Positions 52,101 through 63,788 of a stretch of DNA of 64,000 bases are shown here, one piece after another. The stretch's first letter is position 1, and each line of letters opens with the position of its first letter. The stretch lies in contig CM082577.2 of the NCBI GenBank assembly GCA_040954595.2, positions 2,666,001 to 2,730,000 of the forward strand, given 5' to 3'. Source of the stretch: Balanoglossus misakiensis. Taxonomy: Eukaryota > Animalia > Hemichordata. Position numbers and translations under genes: made by a program. The notes under the pieces are model-generated. The model searched no databases. It was not told where the DNA came from and was given only the letters and a program-made list of their open reading frames with translations.

Positions 52101-54325
52101 TGCTTTGGTGTCTTTGGCGGGTAACATGAAAAGTAATTGTAGCTTTTGGATATTGGAAAAGGAGATTCAAATCTGTCTCTAAACGATTATTTTTTTCTGT
52201 TTCTCTTACAGCCATGTCACTTTGACTCGACATCAGAATTTGACCTCACAGTTGTCAGAAGACAAATCAGAGCTTTACAAGTGTTGGAGACAGTGCATCT
52301 CATGGCAGGAGGTAAACAAATCACCATGATTCGACAAGAGAAAGTTTAACCCTTTTTTGGTCCAAATCCAGTGGTTTCTATGGTAAAGTAGAAGCTCAAG
52401 AAGAGATATGGGGTTAAAGGGTTCAATTGCTTGAGTATGTACCTTCAATAGTTTTGAATGGTCTGCAGACGTGCAAGTGTGAATTAATATATCATGTTTA
52501 CTCCATCATTCAGGGTACCCACAGAAGATGAGATTCAAAACTTTCAATCACAGATACAAGTTTCTGTTGATTCACAAACGTCTGAGAAGAAATGAAGAAA
52601 AGGCAGTAGAAGACACAAAAGTAAGAATGGATTTTAACTACACATGCAATCCACTAACTGTTGTTAATATAACCATCTATCACAGCGCAATATCGGGTAC
52701 TTAATAGTTCTGTGCTGAACTGTTGTGTACTAACAACTTTTGTTGTATTTTATTGGATTTTTTCAGGCGATATTAGATTCATTTCTGAAGGCGATGGACG
52801 AAAGCAAGCTACCGTACACCAGTACAAACTGGGCGATTGGAAAGAAACACATATTTTTAAGGTTAGTGTCACATGAAAATATTAGTGAAATCTAAGTGGG
52901 AAGGCCATCCGGAATACAAAGTGAATGTAGGTTGTTGCTACATACAGAACCAAAGAATAATCAACACACTGTTTGAGGTGATCATGAAGATTTACTCTGT
53001 GTATATGTTTTGTTTGTGTTTTTTTCACAGTGAGGGTGCCAGACAGTGTCTGGAACTGCTGAGGCATCAGAGGAGGGAAGAAGCAGCAACAATCATACAG
53101 GCCAACGTGCGGAGAGTGCTCTGTCAGCGGCAGTGGCCGTCCCTGAGAAGATCGCTCGAACAGAAACACCACGTCAGAACGCAGAGCAATGTGCAATCCA
53201 ACAGAAAGTGAGTTTATGCTACATGGTGTATAGCAATTACATTTTCACTCAAGTTTAAACAACTCCTTCTTGTTCATCAATGTTTCTGACTCAAGTGATT
53301 TTTTCTATATTTTTTCTCAGATCACCAATGTATCAGGAAATTGAGAGGCATCGGAAGCGAGGACAAGAAAGCGAAGTTTGCGACATCAAGACTATCCAGC
53401 AGACGTGTTATCTCTATGGTCTAGATATGGTAAGGAATGACCTCAAATGACCCTTGATTGACCTTACTCGACCTTGACATTAAAAGAACCTGAGAGACCT
53501 TCAAGTGACCTTATCACCGTTTATCTTAACTACTTTTTAATTATCTATATTTCATTACCCCATTGATGGTACATGTAATTGTCTGATCATATCTGCAGGA
53601 CAACCCGCCTCCTTTGCCTTCAAGTAGACCTTACACCGTGGCTGGCAACTCCAAAATGGGATTCCCTCAGACTAGGATAATGAAACATAGCTTTCCAGGT
53701 GAGTAGATACCTAAGCATAATGTTAAGTCATGCAAAGTAATAACCAGTTTTGTATGTAACAATAGATGTCGTTGAAATAACAGAAGTGTAATCAAATAAC
53801 TGGTCGGTGCAGATCAAACTTTAAGTTTGAATGATGTTTGTTTGTGTGTGTGTGCCGTTGGGATGCATGTTAATTGTTGTGTATTCAAAATCTTTAGATA
53901 AGATTTGTAATCATACAATTATGTCTGTAATGTTTGCATCCACCAGAAAGCCAAGGTGAGGTTGTGTTGAAGAAGGGAGACACTGTACAAGTGATCGGTG
54001 TGTCTCCAAGACGCGGACATCTGATGGTAGATTATAACGATAACGTACTTCACGTGCCATACCAACTAACAGAACTCAAGGTAAAGTGTACTGTCCACTT
54101 TTAATAAAAAGTTAAGTGTGGTAGAATAGAAAATATTCCTCAGAATCACCAGTGGAAATTATGCATTTTGTTTCTTTTGTCTGTGACAGGCTGCTTTTAA
54201 TTATTGTATTGTAACATCATGACGTAATAACTTGGAATACTGGTTCATAATTGCAATTTATTCGCTTTTATTGACAGCCACAGACACCACCGAGATCAAG
54301 ATACGTCACTGGAGTAGAGATATGA
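4540..54325 (+). CDS. dachs: Dachs-like unconventional myosin (class XX): motor domain, one IQ motif, Pro-rich segment, C-terminal SH3-like domain; ~1170 aa, 26 coding exons
   Basis: Phase-consistent GT-AG exons: 4540-4978, 40759-40956, 41539-41753, 42117-42286, 42409-42505, 42873-42950, 43339-43498, 43675-43778, 44121-44247, 48414-48532, 48823-48961, 49299-49438, 49728-49825, 49949-50024, 50239-50348, 51147-51343, 51734-51803, 51968-52073, 52212-52311, 52514-52620, 52767-52861, 53031-53207, 53321-53429, 53599-53698, 53947-54080, 54278-54325 (3513 nt, open frame). Motifs: P-loop GESGSGKT, YHIFYQML, switch II DMFGFE, FEQLCINLCAETLQHYYN, HFAGNVVY, KPHFIRCI, IQ motif AATIIQANVRRVL. The tail PPPLPSSRPYTVAGN...FPQTRIMK...LKKGDTVQVIGVSPRRGHLMV is Dachs-type as I recall it. 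Linking exon 4540-4978 is inferred from phase only. Confidence 0.85.
5227..5427. mobile_element. MITE with TA-flanked terminal inverted repeats (Tc1/mariner-like, non-autonomous)
   Basis: Begins TA|CTGTAAAACGGTTATTTTCGCGA and ends TCGCGAAAATAAACCCGTTGTACAG|TA, with internal TTTTCGCG repeats. A related left end lies at about 35083-35120. Confidence 0.7.
8855..9170 (+). mobile_element. DINE-1/Helentron-like non-autonomous element relic
   Basis: 5' hairpin GGTCCCATTGGTA-TG-TACCATGGGACC, then an (ATGT)n tract at about 8910-8950, then GTCCGTCC...AAAACT...TTTGGT. This is the usual HINE/DINE layout. Similar starts occur near 21580 and 49055. Confidence 0.5.
9230..10063 (+). repeat. Direct repeat pair (~113 bp)
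   Basis: 9230-9343 is nearly identical to 9952-10063 (CCTGAATGATTA...GTGTTTGCCCATTG). Confidence 0.9.
9530..9858 (+). repeat. Direct repeat pair (115 bp, period 214 bp)
   Basis: 9530-9644 is nearly identical to 9744-9858 (TTGGGGATGTGTTAGC...GATTTGAGAGCTA). Confidence 0.9.
10081..10111. repeat. (TGTC)n microsatellite
   Basis: Tandem TGTC units seen directly. Confidence 0.9.
11439..11720. mobile_element. Degenerate MITE-like repeat with (T)CCTGGAAA sub-repeats
   Basis: Recurrent TCCTGG(G/A)AA motifs clustered near both ends. Termini are poorly resolved. Confidence 0.35.
16122..16290 (+). CDS. Candidate alternative first coding exon 1b of the myosin
   Basis: MGDMMKKSWVSRAMTASQGEDWKQFRRSSLTLCKGLLQELSECCGGLQMSLQESNS, then G|GTAATC, phase 1. 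In-frame TAG upstream at 16113. Confidence 0.55.
18187..18606. mobile_element. MITE/foldback element with ~98-bp terminal inverted repeats
   Basis: 18187-18284 is the near-perfect reverse complement of 18508-18606, around a ~220-bp non-coding spacer. Confidence 0.8.
25852..25930 (+). CDS. Candidate alternative first coding exon 1c of the myosin
   Basis: MSLMMKSFIIDKYFEEMKRSTTADNQ, then AAG|GTAAAA, phase 1. Good start context (aagATG). Confidence 0.55.
37056..37092 (+). CDS. Candidate alternative first coding exon 1d of the myosin
   Basis: MASSDAANRRKA, then T|GTAAGT consensus donor, phase 1. Start context gatATGG. Confidence 0.45.
38396..38418. repeat. (CA)n microsatellite
   Basis: Tandem CA units seen directly. 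Confidence 0.9.
48672..48775. repeat. (ATTC)n microsatellite, ~25 units, in a myosin intron
   Basis: Tandem TTCA units. Explains the spurious (FIHS)n ORF. Confidence 0.95.
51478..51510. repeat. (TGTACA)n self-complementary hexamer repeat
   Basis: Five tandem TGTACA units. Confidence 0.9.
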
Positions 54326-57060
54326 CACTCCGACAAATATGTGATGTCATCAAAGCGATTGATGTCGGTGGAATCTGGTTGACGTGGAAGACACGAAAAG
54401 CCAGAGCAGCCAGCAAAGGTCAATTTGGCCGTGACAACCAGTTCTGCAACCACGAAACCCACATCAGCAGAGCCAATATTTCATTGTTAAAATCCATTTC
54501 ATTAATTGGAACAGATTGATTGAACTACAATAGTCTATTCAACTGTCGTCATGTCCAGTTCATTTTAATATACTGCCAACATTGAGGATTTTCATTTTTC
54601 CATTACTTTGGTGTAAACGACATTGCTTCCTTAACAACCCTGCCATATCATATACCAGCATGGATGTTCTAATACATCATTTATTTATATAGTGCAATAT
54701 TACAACCTAACACCTAAATTTCACTTTGTACATAAACTTTTTTATTGAATTGAACCCAGCTAGAGGAATTTCCAAAGAAGTCATTGAAATTACTTATTTT
54801 AACCGTCATGAACCTACCCCATATGTAGCTGTATTTCTTTGCATAATCACTGTTGTTATATCAGCGATATTTTAAGCTGACAGAAAATGCTCCGATGAAT
54901 TCAAACTGCACATCTGTTATGCTGTTCAAAACATGCGATACTCTGAAATAAGAACACTTTAATTAATACCAAGATGTGTAAAGATGTTTGTGTGTGTTCA
55001 TTGAAACTTTGGCAGTTTGTCAGTATGAAGAAAAAGATTTTTCTGTTCATTCATTTCTTTATTTAAATCTTCTTTATCAAGTTCAATCATGGATCATGCA
55101 GGTCCTTGACAATTATGTGTAGTTTTGTTGAGTTTTGCGACAGAGGACATAACTTGGTTGTCCGTAACAAATGTGTGTGATGAAAATGTATATAAATATC
55201 AGGAGCAAGTTCAACTTTAATAAGATTTTTAGGAAGAATTAAGTGCTAACCATTTTGGCAGCCATTTTGGATTTCAAATATTGTTGTGTTTTCGATTATT
55301 TGGTTGTCTAATCCAAAAATTGGCGCAGCAACCACAGACAGGTTTCTCTGATTTTAAAAGCTCAACTATGTACTGTATGTTATAAGCAAAAGTTAATTTT
55401 TTTGAGGTGCATTGATCGACATTGAAATGTTGATGAACCAACCAATACCTTCAAAAGGGGGACAAGAAATACTCTGACTCTGGACTAAAAATTTCTGTGT
55501 AGGAGAGGAATTCTTACTTAATACAAGCAATACAGAGTAACTAATGATTAATATTAACAGAATGCACCGTGCACTGATAATTGAATTATTGTGTGTGCTA
55601 AAAACATGACAGGCTATAGTGGTGGTGTCTTGCATTTACTAATACAGCAGCTTATTTTTTGCCTATTTTTGACCGACTGCACTTTGTAGTTTTACGAATA
55701 TCAAGCTTTGCTACCTAGACAGGCTGTTATTATTAATCGCAAGCACTGCACATGGCGACCTTTGGTGTGATTTGCAGGTAATTTTAATTTGTGATTTCAT
55801 TTTTATTTTTTCATACATTGTGAAAATATCTCTCAGACAACTCCAGAAGAGCTTATGAATGAAATTTCGCCAAGCGATGGTCTAAATGTAGTAATAATGA
55901 ATGCAAATCTAGTGTGGTTAAATAATTATATTCTGGAGAAATTCTTTGCATTATTGCTGGTAGAATCAGAAGTCAGAGGACATGGTTAATGTTTGCAATG
56001 TAATCAAGTTTTATGGATTAGACAGGGTTCAGTTGGTACAAGCAAGTGACATACAATATTCTCAGAAAACTCGGTAAGATAACTTAGTTGCGTTTGTCTT
56101 GGAGCAGTTTAGCAGTTATTTAGAAATGACTTGCAGGTTGGTTTAATTTCATGGTAAATGGTTTCTGTTTTTAGCACTCTCGCACACTTTTACTAAACTC
56201 TAGTTCCTCTCTCTCTGTCAGACGTTCATTTGTAGAGAACAAATGTTTGCCAGATCTACGGAAAATTTTTTGGTACATTCATAAATTCATATACCGTACA
56301 CATCAGACAATGAGTGAGCGTCCAGCAAAACCTCATTTCTATGCAATTTTTGTATCGGCAACTAAAAAGTCAACCAGAGTGACTTGCCAGTAAAAGGTTG
56401 AATTTGCCTCCTGTCATATAGCATTGCCAAATTCAAGCAGCATTTTGACTGTTTTTATCATATTTGAATAATTGATGATGACTTGTGATGCAAAAACTAC
56501 TTAGTTTTCCTTCCAAAGTTATGTAAAATTCCCTTCCCAGTTTACAAGAATTTCTTGTTTGTCAAACTCCCACACTTCATGTACTTGTAGTGATCTCATC
56601 TTTTTTTCATTTAAAAAAAGTAATTTGAAAGATGGTCTCATTGTTTTTATAAAACCATATTATATCGTGTCACCATCACCTGCATATTTTGAGTATTGGA
56701 CTTTTTATAATCAATATTATTTATTTAATTAAAGAATTGTGAATTATAACCAAAGGTGCATGTTTTCCCATTAGAAGCATTTTATCACTATCAAAAACTA
56801 ATTCATTTTGTAAAAGTTTTTAAACAATTATGTAAACTTTGAACAAAGTTCCGACTTCATCTTACTAAGCCATGAAAGCAAGCCATGTTTCGCTGTTTCC
56901 ACTATTTCACTTGAAATACCGAAAAATGTTTAAATTCAAAAGTTCAACTTTGTAAAGAATGTTTTCTTTCCTTTAAGAAATTGTAAAGAGATTTATAGAA
57001 CTTTCCATATATTTTTTTTCAATGTTGTATTTATACATTGTATTTATACTACTATCAACA

Positions 57061-57066
57061 AATAAA
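57061..57066 (+). terminator. Candidate polyadenylation signal of the myosin gene (~2.7 kb 3' UTR)
   Basis: AATAAA preceded by U-rich sequence with TGTA motifs (TTGTATTTATAC twice). Confidence 0.45.
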
Positions 57067-58616
57067 CTGAAAGACTTACAGAAAGCGCATCATTTAATTT
57101 TCATCTGTCCTCTATCCCTAAAAGATTTAGGAGTAAGTTTACTTTCTGACCCCTGCAGACTGACAGGATCGTCACTCAGGGGTGCTATCCATGATCTAAA
57201 AAACTATAGAAAACAACAATTTCTAGAGAAAAACAAGAGTAGTATTTATTCATGTCACTCCTGTATTTGGACTTCGGAGTTGTCTGTGTAATTTCAATAC
57301 AAACTGTAGGTGCAACTCTAAATTCTGAGAAAGTAAAATCCAAATGAAGTGGTTGTACAGTGCAAAAGTATTTGAAAATATCTGTAAACACTGTTGTGTT
57401 CACTGGTCACTGCCAAAGAGATTTTTTCAACAAGATTTTCAAATCATCACCATGTGCGAATATGGAAGTGCATGGACTGTGTTCATTTCAATTGTGTGCA
57501 TTTCACCGGATTGAATTTGCACAAAGAAGACATCTCTTAAATTACATCACATATAAACCAATCTTTTATACTAGAGTCTGTATAGAACATTTTTTCTTGG
57601 TATGATTGTTGGAAAACAAGTTTTAAAACACTCTATAATGCAGCAGAAAACCATTATTGCAGACATGACATAGTCACATGGCAGCTTTTAAACCAATCAC
57701 CATCTCTGATATATGACATATACCCGGGGGGTAGTTAATATATTCTTCAATAGACAAAATACACTCACTTTCTTTGAGAAAAGAATATTCTTACAATTGG
57801 ATATAAAACATCATTTTGTGCGTCATAGACTATACTTGTGCAGTTGACAAACAAATTTTACTGTGATCTTGTCTTTATCATACTCTATTATCTATATCTT
57901 GCATTTTCGAAAACGTTTGTCATATCATGAAAATAATGCTATAAAACTATTGTTGTGCCATTAAAATCTCTGTTCAAAAATAGAACTGTAGATTGATATC
58001 TCAATTTCTTATTCTTTTTTAATTAAAAACTGGATTTTTTAATGCCCACAAAAGACTTTTTGGGATGATTGTGAGAAACAGGAAGTAAATCTCAGCAGCA
58101 TAGAATGTATTTGATTTTGGTCTCAAGACACAGGTACTTTAAAGATGTAAATAGAGAGTTGGACGGTTCCTTTTTGATTTGGTCTGATTCCTGTCTTTGA
58201 AGACAAACACGACAGGTGGAAAACATATACATGTACTTATAAATAAATGTGTGAGACATCAATTAAACCCCTATATGCACAAAAATCTGTCTTGCATGCA
58301 GCATTCCAACTACACTCCGGAATAAAATGAACACGCATGGATTAAATGTGAGAAGTAATGTAAGAAATACATTTGTGTACATTGTACATATGTATATACT
58401 TTATACCCTTTATGATTGTGTAATTTTTGTGAAGGTGACTGCCCGAATCAACTACCAAGGAGGTCTAATTTGTCCCTCTGACTGTAAATAAAACCAAACG
58501 AAATAGATATACAACAACGGCACCACGAAAGCATTGCATGCAAAGACCCCTTTTATAAATACAGACAAACACAAAACAGCTGGAATGTTTCACAGTCCCC
58601 GGAATGAAGAGATTTC

Positions 58617-61600
58617 CTAGGAGTATTCCTTCATCACTTCCCTCTGCAGCTGCATTCCGAGATTGGCTTCCAGTTCCGACAGCTCCTGGAGACAGGCCTC
58701 TCTCTTGGTCCGGATTCGTCGGATGGTTTCGTCGTGTTCTCTGTAGAACTGCCGGAGTCCGAACTGCAATTCAAGGGAGAAACAGAATAATCTTGATGAG
58801 GGAACTTTTTGTAAAAGCTACGCTTTAGAATGCAACAAGTCTATCCTGAATGTCATGAATGTTTTCACACAGAGGACAAAATGATGGGTGACTCACCATA
58901 TCCGGAGGGTCTTCTTCGGGACTGGAACTTCTGATACTGTGAAATGAAGAGCAGAGAAAGCAAATTTTGTGAACATGTCCTCGTTGACTTTTACATTAGA
59001 AATCAGATAATAGGGACACATGTAGATGTATAAATAAACATGACTAAGCAGACACCGGTCCTCATGTGTGTACGAATCAGTTCTCGCTTGAGTGAGGTTC
59101 TATTGGAAAATGTAATGATTAAATGCAACATTTGATATAAGAAAAATTCAGGAGAAGATTTCTCTGCAAAATGAATGTTTTTCTTAATTTCCAATGGGTA
59201 CACCCCGTTTTCTTCTATGACAGAAAAAAAGATGACACATCATCTCCAAAACACTGCCCTCTATGGCCATAAACAGCAATTAAGTTCTTTCCAAGGCATC
59301 ATCATAACACAATACTTGCGTAATTTCTCACTTACTGTCTGGTTTTCCGAAGCGTTCTTCTGACCTCTCGCTGTAAAATATTGATGTCGTGTTGATATTG
59401 CACTACAATGTTGTCACTTTCAGCTCTCCCGATACCTGAAAACAGCAACAACAACAAATTTGATACGACCATCACTGCACACAAACTTTAATGCTCAGCA
59501 AATTTTGTTGTTGACAGCTTTGTCATTTTGCAAATATCATTCCAGTAAAAATATACTGAAAATATGCAGACAAGCAACACAGTTATCCACAAATTGCATT
59601 AGAAATCTGTTTTCTGAGTCATCAACAACCGTGGTGGTCACAACTTGTTATCTGCTGTTGTCAAAAAATCAATATCCATTTGTTGGCAGATGTTGGGCAG
59701 ACAGATTCCCTACTTCACTGCAGGGTATTCCAGAATCTCTTCTCAAAATTTTGAAAACTTCACTTGGAGAAAGTAGAGGCACTGCCCTTACCTTGAAGTA
59801 AATTTTCCAGATCTTCTATTTCTCTTTGTATGACATCTCTGGTTCTGATGGCATATTTGCTATAAATACATGAGGGGGAAAAATGATTTTTTTCACTCTT
59901 ACAGTATTAAACATTTACAAGAAACACTAGTGTCATATTGCAGCATATCAAAGGAAAGACAGAATTCACTCTAGATTACATGGCTGAAGGCCATCTTTAT
60001 TTTTGAACACCTAAAGCCACGATGAATACTTCATGATCTAGAATTACTGGGGGAAATTGCAAATTTTCTCACAAATATCCAGCTAGATGCATATTTTATG
60101 TCTGCAACTTCACAAGAGCAGCAAAGATGAAAATTGATCTGTATGTGAATTCTGAAACCTGTCGGTCTGATTAGTTTTATATTTGCATATCAAAAGGCGC
60201 GTGGTTGTGCTGTTAATAAGAAAGCCACTATCTTGTAGTCAGAAGCTATCATTAAAACAGGGAGATTTATGCTGCGAGATTACACACATCAATTTTCAGA
60301 ATTAGTTCGACTTAATATAGAGCTTAATTATTTTGGATTTTAGAATTAGGCAGTCGTTCTTGACTTTACATGTAATCATTAAATCAGATTCTGTTAAAAA
60401 TGGTAACCATGACAATCTGTCTTCAGTTCATTAAAACAAGAGAAAATGTGTAAAGCATGAAACAGAGAATGTATAAGGTCATGTCCATCATTTTACATAT
60501 AAGTCTTTAACTTTAGAGAAATCTTTAACTGTCATCTGTGAGCCAAACACTGCCAGCGTTCACGTCACACAGCTAACCCAGAATATATATTTATGTTCAC
60601 ATAAGCTTTTTCATTTAATTAATTTTATTTCCATATATTCTTTTCGATCCTTGAAATGTAAAAGTCAACACCTACATCTGCTACGATCAGTAGCCAGGGC
60701 AACTGTTCAGATGTGGTAACCATGGCAACTGACTGACAATTACCACCTCCTGAAACACACTGCAAATAAATCAACTCAGACGCAGCCGACCTTGAAACAA
60801 GGTCACCTGGGTTAAGGTCACACTCATATTGATACAGGTCTTTCGTGAAAATCTTGTGATTATTTTTAAATGCACGCATCAAGTAGTAAAAACAGGCTAA
60901 TGGCTCATAAATGCTGCCAGTAATTTTTGGCAACACCTGAACCGAATTATCGTGATTAAATCTCTTAGTGGATTCTCTCTTTCACTCTGCGGTGTTAATG
61001 ATAATAGCTGAAGGTGTTTTTGCCTCAGAGGAAATTCACCACAGCTGAGAATAAAAACAGAACTGTAGAGATTGATGGGGACAAACCTGGCATCGTGCAG
61101 AATTTTTCCATCAGCTGAGAAGATGGTATGATCACACATCATGGTTTCAGTCCTATCCTTATCCTGAAAAAAAATATTTTAAGACATTTATACAATTATT
61201 CACAATTACTCATGAAAAGTACATCCATGACTGACAACATACTATCTCTAAAACAGTAAAACTCTTATGGATCTGGATGCCATTTCTACTGCAATGGTGT
61301 CTATATATATTTTGCAAATTACATTGCTTATATAGCTAGACTAATTTATTGATGGAAAACCAGGGTTTTGAAAAATATTGTACTTACCCCCGTGTAGTGA
61401 AATAACTTCTTTGGGTCCTGTAAAACAAAAACAAAATGTTATTAGTGATGAAAAGCATACAGTATTGTAAACTACAGGCACTGGGACTGAAAAAAAATCT
61501 TTTAAAGTCTTGTATAGTCATGTACCGGTACCCAGTAGCAATCATGCCAACGTATGACAGAACAGTATTACTCTATTTACATATACTTACAAAGGCTTTT

Positions 61601-63471
61601 GGAGAAGGTGGAACCACAGTGTGGGGTATTACATCATTAGGTTGCTGGGGTAACGGCACCACAGGCAAGTCTTCATCTTGATACAGTAATGATGGCAGGA
61701 ACACAAGGCAGGTTTTGGGATCAATACCGCACCTAGTCAAACATAAAATACAGAGACCGCATCTAAACTTCATTAATTCAACCTGATTGACTTCACAGAG
61801 GGAAAACCATTAAAATGTCTCACATATAAACGTCTTAGATAAAATTCTATGTGTAAAGATCACATACCATTCAGACGGAATATCTTGTGTCAGAAAGGGT
61901 GCAAGAGCAGCTATCCCTTTAGGAATCACGCTGTGTTTTTCTCGTTCTTTCTCTTCTTTTATTGTCATTTTCTCTTCGACGGTATCCGACAGCTTGTACG
62001 GGAAATTGACATCGATTGTACTGGGTGACGTACACGAGGCAGAGTCTCTGAGTTTATGCTTCGCAGATTCTGACATCTTCACATCAATCTGAAGTGTTCT
62101 GCACTTGACGGCTTCTCTATGCGAGTCCCAATCCAAGCGCGGTTTGGCAGACATGGGTCGCCGCCTGTTCCCCGACGCTGCCACGTCCCTCTCCTTGGCG
62201 AATTTGGCCGACTGCGGTCTCTGCCTGACTGCAGGCTTTTTAGGGACATACTCAGCACTGCTGTGGCAATTATACTTGTCATTAGAAAACTTGGCGGCTC
62301 TCCTTTCCTGAGTACTGCTGGGCGGCATGTGTTCGTTGGATTCAAGTCTGGCTTTGGCACTCTGCGGCCTCCGCCTGAATCTCTCCGTTGAGCCAGACGC
62401 TCGTCCCCACGGCGACGGTGACCGATTCCTCAACAGGTCTGGCTCAAACAGGAGATGTTTCGACGTCCCCGGACGGATTTCAATTTCACTTTCGATTTTC
62501 ACTGTCCTTGAAGTTGAACCCCGATCGAGATCAGGATTTGGGGCGACTGGACTTTCTCGCTTTGGCAAGCCATGATGCCTCTGATGCCTGATGTACTCAT
62601 TGTCTTCCAGCTGCAGAGTCTGAATATTGGGAGTTGTGGACAGCGACGCCTTGGCACTGAGCGGCCTTGTGTGGAGAGGGTATTTCACTTGGTGAATGTC
62701 AGTTTCAGAAGGCTGAAATAGGAGATGTTTGGAGCTTGTTGTGCTTAACTCCTTGGCATAGTTCTGTCCTGCTGCATACTTGATTTGGATTGTTGGCCGG
62801 CCTGACGGTGGCTTGCTCAAGACTCCTGCACAACAAATGACAATCATTGCAATCGATCAACAGGTAGTTTGTGTGACTGAGAGTTGTTTACAAAACATGT
62901 CTCCAGGCCAAACAGTAATTGCAAAAGGCAACAACAAAATAACCCATTTAACAACGCAGGCCAGCTAAAGGCTAAAAGTATGGTAATGGTAATAGATAAC
63001 TGCGGATCGTGTGATGATATCATATGTCATGTGAATGTTGCCCTTTTCTATTTCAATCATTTGTGTACGAGATCCCCGAGTACAACCAAGACTTTGGCCT
63101 GACCTGGTTCGCTGACGGCATATTTTCTAGTTTGGAAAAGCTAAATTTCCCAAATCGAGAAGCAAACATGTCCAGACAAGGCTTGCGGTTGAAAAAACCT
63201 ACGTTGCCATGACAATGGCGTGCAATGGGCGTGGTCAAAACGTGTTCTGCGGTCAACGATCTTTGTGGTTGTCCCGATCCGATCCCTACACTGGGCTGAG
63301 CAACTCAGCACACTGCTGTTTTGAAATAATGAAGCTTGGCGTGGGATTCATAAATGCAGTGTGTTTGATAATCAGCAAGATGAATACACCACTTCATCGC
63401 AAAGGGAATCTAACAGCAAAAACCTCACCTGTATCCTGAGATGCCCTCTTTTGTGTTTTGTTGTCGGCCAT
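58617..63471 (-). CDS. Uncharacterised ~584 aa protein: basic disordered N-terminal half with RPxSAK repeats, helical/coiled-coil C-terminus; probably cilia- or microtubule-associated
   Basis: Phase-consistent exons: 63471-63429, 62825-61868, 61732-61591, 61417-61388, 61163-60937, 59859-59792, 59435-59336, 58936-58897, 58763-58617 (1755 nt, open, ends ...LQREVMKEYS-TAG). Contains RPLSAK, RPQSAK twice and RPMSAK. No family recognised. Confidence 0.8.
60690..60729. promoter_or_regulatory. Pair of intronic RFX X-box-like motifs
   Basis: GTAGCCAGGGCAAC (60690-60703) and GTAACCATGGCAAC (60716-60729). A third, GTAACCATGACAAT, lies at 60403-60416. Confidence 0.5.
63203..63216. promoter_or_regulatory. 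RFX X-box-like motif in the first intron of the minus-strand gene
   Basis: GTTGCCATGACAAT versus consensus GTTGCCATGGCAAC. Confidence 0.55.
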
Positions 63472-63487
63472 TTTTTCAAAGGACAAC

Positions 63488-63503
63488 AAAGTCACGTGAC
63501 TTT
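63488..63503. promoter_or_regulatory. Palindromic E-box/CLEAR-type element in a probable bidirectional promoter
   Basis: Perfect 16-bp palindrome AAAGTCACGTGACTTT, immediately upstream of the ATG at 63471. Confidence 0.55.
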
Positions 63504-63682
63504 AAAAGTAGTTGCGTACTTTTTTTAGTTAAATATATTTGATAAAATTTGTCCTTTTTATAAAATACTCATACTAAAAATGGAAATAAATACTAGAAAT
63601 GGATACTGACTGAGTCGACTGTTAAATTCATTAGAATGTCTCGCCAAATCTCGCGGCCGACACGGGATTCTTCATTTCCAAT

Positions 63683-63788
63683 ATGGCAGCCTCCTTGATG
63701 AACGAGTAATTTGCAAATTTAATATAAAATTTGTTGATTTTATGCATTGAAGAGAATCTATTAGAAATCAACGATGCCTGATCTTATG
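63683..63788 (+). other. Possible 5' exon(s) of a divergent gene continuing beyond the window
   Basis: CpG-rich stretch, aatATGGCAGCC start context at 63683 and a strong donor TG|GTAAGT at 63789. Too short to identify. Confidence 0.3.

Noticed and set aside
62079-62591. Several overlapping short ORFs
   Set aside because: Alternate-frame and antisense shadows of the large minus-strand exon 62825-61868.
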